Positions 58,515 to 64,000 of a stretch of 64,000 nucleotides of DNA are shown here, piece by piece (position 1 is the first letter of the stretch; the number at the start of each line of letters is the position of its first letter). The DNA lies in NCBI GenBank assembly GCA_963676265.2, contig OY781067.2, positions 2,459,849 to 2,523,848 of the forward strand. The letters are read 5' to 3'. A program made the translations under genes and the position numbers. The notes beneath the pieces are model-generated. The model did not search any database. It was not told the DNA's origin and saw nothing but the letters and a program-made list of their open reading frames with translations. Origin of the DNA: an uncultured Draconibacterium sp. (GTDB lineage Bacteria > Bacteroidota > Bacteroidia > Bacteroidales > Prolixibacteraceae).

Positions 58515-59462
58515 ATGAAAAACTTTACATCAGTAAAAGATATTCCCAGCATTGAAAAAGCGCTGGCAACCGCATTCGAAGTAAAAAAGAACAAGTTTGG
58601 ATTTCAGCACCTGGGTAAAAACAAAACTATGGTTTTGGTATTTTTTAACTCAAGTTTGCGTACGCGTTTGAGTACACAAAAAGCAGCCATGAACATGGGC
58701 ATGAACACGATGGTGATGAACGTTAACGAAGACAGCTGGCAGCTGGAATCGGAAATGGGCGTAATTATGGACGGAAAAAATGCCGAACACCTGCGTGAAG
58801 CTATCCCGGTAATGGGAAAATACTGCGATGTTATTGGCGTGCGTGCTTTTGCCAAATTCGAAAAGCGTGAAGACGACTACGCTGAAAAAATATTGAGCCA
58901 GTTTGTTGAATATGCCGGCGTTCCAGTGGTAAGCATGGAAGCCGCCACCCGCCACCCGTTGCAAAGTTTTGCCGACCTGGTAACCATTGAAGAACACAAA
59001 AAGGTTGAAAAACCAAAAGTGGTTCTTACCTGGGCACCTCACCCGCGCGCTTTGCCGCAGGCTGTTCCAAACTCGTTTATTGAGTGGATGCGCGAAACCG
59101 ACTACGAACTGGTGGTTACTCACCCAAAAGGTTACGAACTGGCACCTGAATTTATAGGCGATGTAAAAGTGGAGTACGATCAGAAAAAAGCTTTTGAAGG
59201 AGCTGATTTTATTTATGCAAAAAACTGGGCGTCGTACACCGATTATGGCCAGGTTCTATCGAAAGATATGAGCTGGACAGTTGATGAAGCAAAAATGGCG
59301 TTAACAAATGATGCCAAATTTATGCACTGTCTGCCGGTACGTAGAAATATGATCGTTACTGATGGCGTTATCGACAGCCCGAATTCAATTGTTGTCGATG
59401 AAGCCTACAACCGCGAAATTACTGCCCAGGCAGTGTTGAAGATGATTCTTGAAAATGCTTAA
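58515..59462 (+). CDS. argF': N-acyl-L-ornithine carbamoyltransferase (ArgF' type; probably N-succinylornithine-specific)
   Basis: 315 aa. [16 protein letters not shown] carbamoyl-phosphate motif, [16 protein letters not shown] and HCLPVRRN motifs. Close to my recollection of the Bacteroides fragilis ArgF' sequence. Confidence 0.9.
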   Translation: MKNFTSVKDIPSIEKALATAFEVKKNKFGFQHLGKNKTMVLVFFNSSLRTRLSTQKAAMNMGMNTMVMNVNEDSWQLESEMGVIMDGKNAEHLREAIPVMGKYCDVIGVRAFAKFEKREDDYAEKILSQFVEYAGVPVVSMEAATRHPLQSFADLVTIEEHKKVEKPKVVLTWAPHPRALPQAVPNSFIEWMRETDYELVVTHPKGYELAPEFIGDVKVEYDQKKAFEGADFIYAKNWASYTDYGQVLSKDMSWTVDEAKMALTNDAKFMHCLPVRRNMIVTDGVIDSPNSIVVDEAYNREITAQAVLKMILENA

Positions 59463-59506
59463 TTCTGCTACCTTTGAGGCCTTGCGGATGGAGAGAAATA
59501 AAAAAC

Positions 59507-60238
59507 ATGACCAAAAAAATAGAAATAATTCCTGCTATCGACCTGATTGACGCCAAATGCGTGCGACTTTCGCAGGGCGATTACAACCAGAAAACGGTGT
59601 ATAACGAGAATCCGCTGGAGGTTGCCAAAATGTTCGAAGATGCAGGAATCACACGTTTGCACCTTGTTGATTTGGACGGGGCAAAAGCTAAGCACATTGT
59701 AAACTATAAAGTACTGGAAACAATTGCCGGAAAAACCAATTTGGTGATCGACTTTGGCGGCGGATTAAAATCGGACAATGACCTGCAAATTGCTTTTAAC
59801 TCAGGGGCAGCAATGGTTACAGGCGGAAGTATTGCTGTAAAAGAGAAGGATACTTTTCTAAGCTGGCTGGAGAAATTCGGCAGCGAAAAGATTATTCTGG
59901 GTGCTGATGCCAAAGACGGTAATATTGCAGTTAGTGGCTGGCTGGAAACGACCGAATTGGCGGTTATCGATTTTATTTCAGAATTCCACAAACAGGGAAT
60001 CAGCAAAGTTATTTCAACAGATATTAGTCGCGACGGTATGCTGAGCGGTCCTTCTTTTGAACTGTATACTGACATTATGAAAACGCTTCCCGAAGTGGAA
60101 ATTATTGCCAGTGGCGGAATTGCCACCATGGACGACATATTAAAATTAGATGAAATGGGCGTTCCGGGTGTAATTACAGGAAAAGCCATTTATGAAAATC
60201 GCATAACTTTGAAAGAAATTGAAAAGTTCATTGCGTAA
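59507..60238 (+). CDS. hisA: ProFAR isomerase
   Basis: ORF 59474..60238. The start is taken at ATG 59507 ([13 protein letters not shown]). Motifs include HLVDLDGA and GGGL. Confidence 0.93.
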   Translation: MTKKIEIIPAIDLIDAKCVRLSQGDYNQKTVYNENPLEVAKMFEDAGITRLHLVDLDGAKAKHIVNYKVLETIAGKTNLVIDFGGGLKSDNDLQIAFNSGAAMVTGGSIAVKEKDTFLSWLEKFGSEKIILGADAKDGNIAVSGWLETTELAVIDFISEFHKQGISKVISTDISRDGMLSGPSFELYTDIMKTLPEVEIIASGGIATMDDILKLDEMGVPGVITGKAIYENRITLKEIEKFIA

Positions 60239-60249
60239 TGTAAATTTCA

Positions 60250-61155
60250 ATGAAAAAAGTATTCATTTCATCAACATATAAAGATCTAAAACATCATAGG
60301 ACGGAAATCTGGAAAAGGATCCAGAATTTAGATATTGAGGTTTTAGGGATGGAGAATTTTGGAGCTCGCAAAAGCTCTCCTCTTGAAACATGTCTTGAGG
60401 AAGTTGACAGAAGTGATATTTACATCGGAATTATTTCAATGTGCGCAGGTACAATTCATTCGGAACTTAAAAAATCTTACACCGAACTAGAATACCAAAG
60501 AGCACTTGAAAAAGGAAAAGACATCTGGATATATCTAATAGATGAGAATGATGGCGTTATAAAAGCTGGGGATATTGAATTTGGAGAACGGCAAGAATAT
60601 CTAAAAAAGTTTAAAGAGCGACTTAAGAGCCACACTGTTGATTTTTTTATTGATGAAAAAAACTTAGCAGAAAAGATATTTAAGAAACTCAAATCTGTCG
60701 CTCCTAAAATAAAAAAACTTGCAAAAAGACCCCAACAATTAGAATGCACCATTTTTAAATTTAAGTCCAAGAGATACAAATGGTACATATTTATGTCATT
60801 CTATAATCAATTACCTTACGAGATTTTTTCAGGTATTAATGATGACGATTATAATGGTATCCTGCTTCCTCAAAGTGTTTCAAATGGGATTGTTATAGAA
60901 AGTCAAGAGACTAAAAACATTAAACGCTATGACTTCCAGTATATTAATAAAAGAGGATACAAAACTACTTTAGAAGGAATCAACTATCCATTTATTCCAA
61001 CTATTTCTTCGTACGATAAACAAATCACAAAGCTGCTTCAAAACAATGTTTCGTTGTTGGTCATTTTGGAAGTTCTGAGAGAAATGCTCGTCGAAGATGA
61101 AGAACAAAAGATTTGGAAGAAGAATTTAACACAAATCATAAGAAGATTTAAATAA
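60250..61155 (+). CDS. Two-domain protein: N-terminal DUF4062 (TIR-like/flavodoxin-like) module plus a C-terminal module resembling the class II RNR C-terminal/TSCPD-type region
   Basis: 301 aa. N-terminus [19 protein letters not shown]...[13 protein letters not shown]...[24 protein letters not shown]-terminus [37 protein letters not shown]...[19 protein letters not shown]. Domain names are from memory and no search was possible. Sits 11 nt after hisA and 1 nt before hisF. Confidence 0.6.
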   Translation: MKKVFISSTYKDLKHHRTEIWKRIQNLDIEVLGMENFGARKSSPLETCLEEVDRSDIYIGIISMCAGTIHSELKKSYTELEYQRALEKGKDIWIYLIDENDGVIKAGDIEFGERQEYLKKFKERLKSHTVDFFIDEKNLAEKIFKKLKSVAPKIKKLAKRPQQLECTIFKFKSKRYKWYIFMSFYNQLPYEIFSGINDDDYNGILLPQSVSNGIVIESQETKNIKRYDFQYINKRGYKTTLEGINYPFIPTISSYDKQITKLLQNNVSLLVILEVLREMLVEDEEQKIWKKNLTQIIRRFK

Positions 61156-61156
61156 G

Positions 61157-61912
61157 ATGCTTGCAAAACGAATAATACCATGCCTCGATATCCGCAACGG
61201 ACAAACCGTCAAAGGAATCAATTTCGTAGATATTAAAGAAGTGGGCGATCCGGTGGAATTAGGCGCAAAATATGCTGCTGATGGTGCCGATGAACTTTGT
61301 TTCCTAGATATCACAGCGACACACGAAGGCCGCAAAACTTTTGTTGAACTGGTAAAACGTATTGCAGCACATATCAACATCCCGTTTACAGTTGGTGGTG
61401 GAATCAGCGAATTGAGCGATGCCGAAAAGCTATTAGCTGCAGGAGCTGATAAAATATCGATTAACTCATCAGCCGTTCGAAATCCAAAACTGATCGACGA
61501 CCTGGCACTGAATTTTGGAAGCCAGTTTGTGGTAGTTGCCATCGATGCGCGCGGCGATGAGAACGAACACTGGACAGTTACAGTAAACGGTGGCCGTATT
61601 CCAACCGACAAAGAATTATTTTCGTGGGCAAAAGAAGCAGAAGACCGTGGTGCGGGAGAAATCCTGTTTACCTCGATGAACCACGACGGAACTAAAAATG
61701 GTTTTGCCAATAAAGAGCTTTCGAAAATGGCCGATATGTTGAAGATTCCGATCATTGCATCGGGCGGAGCAGGTACCGAAGAACATTTTGTTGATGTTTT
61801 TACCAAGGGAAAAGCAGACGCCGGACTGGCTGCCAGTATCTTCCATTACAACGAAATACCAATTCCGGTTCTTAAGAAATACTTAAAAGAAAAAGGCATT
61901 GTAGTTCGATAG
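61157..61912 (+). CDS. hisF: Imidazole glycerol phosphate synthase, cyclase subunit
   Basis: 251 aa; [19 protein letters not shown] and SGGAG motifs. Confidence 0.96.
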   Translation: MLAKRIIPCLDIRNGQTVKGINFVDIKEVGDPVELGAKYAADGADELCFLDITATHEGRKTFVELVKRIAAHINIPFTVGGGISELSDAEKLLAAGADKISINSSAVRNPKLIDDLALNFGSQFVVVAIDARGDENEHWTVTVNGGRIPTDKELFSWAKEAEDRGAGEILFTSMNHDGTKNGFANKELSKMADMLKIPIIASGGAGTEEHFVDVFTKGKADAGLAASIFHYNEIPIPVLKKYLKEKGIVVR

Positions 61913-61966
61913 CCAATCAAAATAGTAACTTCGCAGCACAATTACAGAATTAATAATTGCTCCGGG

Positions 61967-61987
61967 CTTCAGGCTTCGGACTTCCGA
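61967..61987 (+). repeat. (CTTCNNN)x3 array upstream of hisIE
   Basis: CTTCAGG CTTCGGA CTTCCGA, with CTTC at 61967, 61974 and 61981. ATG is at 61997. Confidence 0.7.
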
Positions 61988-61996
61988 CTAAAGATT

Positions 61997-62614
61997 ATGA
62001 GACAGCTAACAGATATTTCAACGATCGATTTCAACAAAATGGACGGATTAATTCCTGCCATCATTCAGGATGCCGAAACGCAAAATGTACTGATGTTGGG
62101 TTTTATGAACGAAGATGCCCTTGCAAAAACACAGGAAATTGGCAAAGTGACTTTTTTTAGTCGCACCAAAAACCGCCTGTGGACCAAAGGCGAGGAATCG
62201 GGAAATTTTCTGGATGTTGTTTCAATGGCAATTGATTGCGATAATGACACACTTTTGATAAAAGTAAATCCTGTAGGCCCGGTTTGCCACAAAGGCGACG
62301 ATACCTGTTTTGAAGAAACCAACTCGGGCAGCGATATTCAGTTCTTAACTTACTTGCAGGATTTTATAGACAAGCGCAAAGCAGAAATGCCTGAAGGTTC
62401 TTACACCACTTCCCTATTTCAAAAAGGAACACGAAAAATCACTCAAAAAGTTGGCGAAGAAGCAGTTGAAACAATTATTGGTGCAATGGCCAACGACGAT
62501 GAAAACTTCATATACGAAGCCGGAGATTTGCTTTATCACTTAATTGTGCTGCTTACACATAAAGGCTATCGCATTGAAGATATTGTTCGCGAGCTAAAAA
62601 AGAGACACAAGTAA
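61997..62614 (+). CDS. hisIE: Bifunctional phosphoribosyl-AMP cyclohydrolase / phosphoribosyl-ATP pyrophosphatase
   Basis: 205 aa. HisI region (SRTKNRLWTKGEESGN, CDNDTLL) followed by a HisE MazG-like helical region (EEAVETIIGA...DLLYHLIVLL). Confidence 0.93.
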   Translation: MRQLTDISTIDFNKMDGLIPAIIQDAETQNVLMLGFMNEDALAKTQEIGKVTFFSRTKNRLWTKGEESGNFLDVVSMAIDCDNDTLLIKVNPVGPVCHKGDDTCFEETNSGSDIQFLTYLQDFIDKRKAEMPEGSYTTSLFQKGTRKITQKVGEEAVETIIGAMANDDENFIYEAGDLLYHLIVLLTHKGYRIEDIVRELKKRHK

Positions 62615-62841
62615 GGAACTAAAAAACAACACCTTACAACAAAATAGCGTTATAAAATCGCAACTCCTAAAACTCGAATCAGAATATAATTCGCTGATTT
62701 TCAATATACCCTACAACATGGTTAAGAAACATAGTTCCATAACATAACTATAAAACATTGAAGATTACACTGTTATAATTAGGCTCGTTTAAAGTATAGT
62801 CCTTAGCTTTGTTATATCTTCTAACTTCAAAAAACCGTTTT

Positions 62842-63522
62842 ATGGAAACTCTAACCATTTGTCCAACCAGTACAGCAACCATCCTTGCTTGTCAGAAAAT
62901 TGCCAGAATTTTCAAAGAAAACATTTACGAATTGTCCAATGTACGTAGCGAATGGGATCCGGAGTATGCTACCTCGTTAAATGTGTGGATTGATGATACT
63001 ATTGAAAAACACTATTCCGACAATGTGGATGCAATTGCGAATGAAAGATACAGGCAATGGCACGAAATTATGGTAGCTGGATTACAACACCTGAAAGTTC
63101 TTCGTGCTTCAATGAAAGTAGATTTTAAAGACGACAAACAGTATCTAAAAGATTTCTTTCAGAAAACAGGCTACACCGACTATTTCAGCGATGCCAAGAA
63201 CGGCGATCATTTAAGTCTTTTCAAATTTCTGAAGACTTTTGCCGCTAACCTGGACGAACCAACCCGGCAGAAAATTGTTGAAAAAGGTTCGCTCGACTCT
63301 TTGTTTGATAAGATTCTTGCATGCGCAAACCGGGTTACTGAATTTGAAGATTGTTTTGTAGCGCTTGAAGAAGATAATGATCTTGACAACTATGGAAAAA
63401 AAGAAGTGGCTCGTATTTACGAAAGCATACAGGATATTTGCCGTATTGCCATTGCATATTTCCAGTTCGATCCGATTATGCGCGACAAGTTCAATTATTA
63501 CAAGGTTTTGGTAAACCTTTAA
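62842..63522 (+). CDS. Hypothetical all-helical protein
   Basis: ORF 62809..63522. The start is taken at ATG 62842 (METLTICPT...). No recognisable motif. Followed by an intrinsic terminator. Confidence 0.5.
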   Translation: METLTICPTSTATILACQKIARIFKENIYELSNVRSEWDPEYATSLNVWIDDTIEKHYSDNVDAIANERYRQWHEIMVAGLQHLKVLRASMKVDFKDDKQYLKDFFQKTGYTDYFSDAKNGDHLSLFKFLKTFAANLDEPTRQKIVEKGSLDSLFDKILACANRVTEFEDCFVALEEDNDLDNYGKKEVARIYESIQDICRIAIAYFQFDPIMRDKFNYYKVLVNL

Positions 63523-63579
63523 AAAGCGTATTATAATAAAATAATTTTTCTACCTAATAATTAACTTAATAAAAACAGT

Positions 63580-63611
63580 CAGCCCGTCTTTTGACAGGCG
63601 GGCTGTTTTTT
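63580..63611. terminator. Intrinsic terminator between the convergent hypothetical genes at the window end
   Basis: CAGCCCGTC (63580-63588) / GGCGGGCTG (63597-63605), 9 bp with one G-U, followed by T6. An A-run precedes it. Confidence 0.8.
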
Positions 63612-63648
63612 ATTATGCTTTTTTATCAGATAGTATTATTTAGCTTTT

Positions 63649-63933
63649 CTATTCTGCCGACTTTTCTTCGTCTTCTGGTTCAGCAATATTCTCTGGTTCA
63701 GAACTTTCGGATGCATCGTCTTCAAATGGATTTATCCCGTCGGTAAAAATTGGATTTTTCTTTTCTGTTTTTTCCACTGGAACGTACCCTTCCGGAACCA
63801 TCGATTCAGAAGGTTCATAAGGAAAAACATCAACAATCTGACTTACTGCGAGTGAAGAAACTACATATGGAATAACCAGGTAATTTAAACTTTCGTCAAG
63901 GCGGGTCAATGCTTCCTTTATATCATCGGCCAT
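63649..63933 (-). CDS. Hypothetical protein with acidic C-terminal tail; possibly 5'-truncated by the window edge
   Basis: 94 aa from ATG 63933. The reading frame stays open upstream to position 64000 (...INLVTVDEEAGKEKKLRTYYLI-MADD...), so the true start may lie outside the window. Confidence 0.4.
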   Translation of the reverse strand: MADDIKEALTRLDESLNYLVIPYVVSSLAVSQIVDVFPYEPSESMVPEGYVPVEKTEKKNPIFTDGINPFEDDASESSEPENIAEPEDEEKSAE

Positions 63934-64000
63934 TATTAAATAATAAGTCCTGAGCTTTTTTTCCTTACCCGCTTCTTCATCAACAGTAACGAGATTTATG

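Noticed and set aside
61126-61806. 226-aa minus-strand ORF overlapping hisF
   Set aside because: It is fully antisense to a textbook HisF sequence. It is S/A/P-rich with no start context, so it is a shadow ORF.
1-64000. CRISPR arrays, tRNA/rRNA genes, transposases, integrases, prophage genes
   Set aside because: I scanned the intergenic regions and the ORF track. There are no direct-repeat/spacer arrays, no tRNA-like G/C-rich cloverleaf segments (no GGTTCGAATCC-type T-arm), and no DDE/tyrosine-recombinase-like ORFs. The only repeat family found is the heptad elements reported above.

Overview
This 64-kb window is densely packed core chromosome from a member of the Bacteroidota. The phylum call rests on a fused lpxC-fabZ, the ftsX-DUF3098-uppP trio, an argF'-type carbamoyltransferase in an argR-led operon, TAnnTTTG/-33 TTTG promoter boxes and no Shine-Dalgarno signals.

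I call about 60 protein genes:
- Translation genes: tsf (partial), rpsB, rpsI, rplM, rimP-nusA-infB, rpmE type B, truB, queA.
- Envelope genes: ftsX, uppP, lpxD-lpxC/fabZ-lpxA.
- The suf Fe-S cluster: sufBCDS, then rubrerythrin on the other strand, then sufE and sufT.
- lon, two tandem paralogous acyltransferase-like genes, an NfeD/flotillin pair, an ABC-2 exporter, cysK and carA/carB.
- A 14-gene same-strand arginine-proline-histidine array: argR-GNAT-argG-argC-argD-proC-proB-proA-argF'-hisA-X-hisF-hisIE.

I saw no rRNA, tRNA, CRISPR array, transposase or integrase.

The observations most worth follow-up, all read directly from the sequence:
1. A family of intergenic elements with strict 7-nt periodicity and inverted-repeat symmetry. 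One copy encloses a four-helix-bundle gene (23S-rRNA-IVS protein family) between carA and carB. A gene-less 84-nt copy fills the argG-argC spacer. Related CTTC-heptad arrays sit just upstream of cysK, argD, argF' and hisIE.
2. An A/T-rich two-domain gene (DUF4062/TIR-like N-terminus, possible class II RNR C-terminal-like module) inserted seamlessly between hisA and hisF.
3. A Cys-rich mini-ORF with terminator/antiterminator alternatives upstream of cysK.
4. Tandem ARG boxes over the argR promoter.

Functional interpretations of these are inference and need database and experimental checks.
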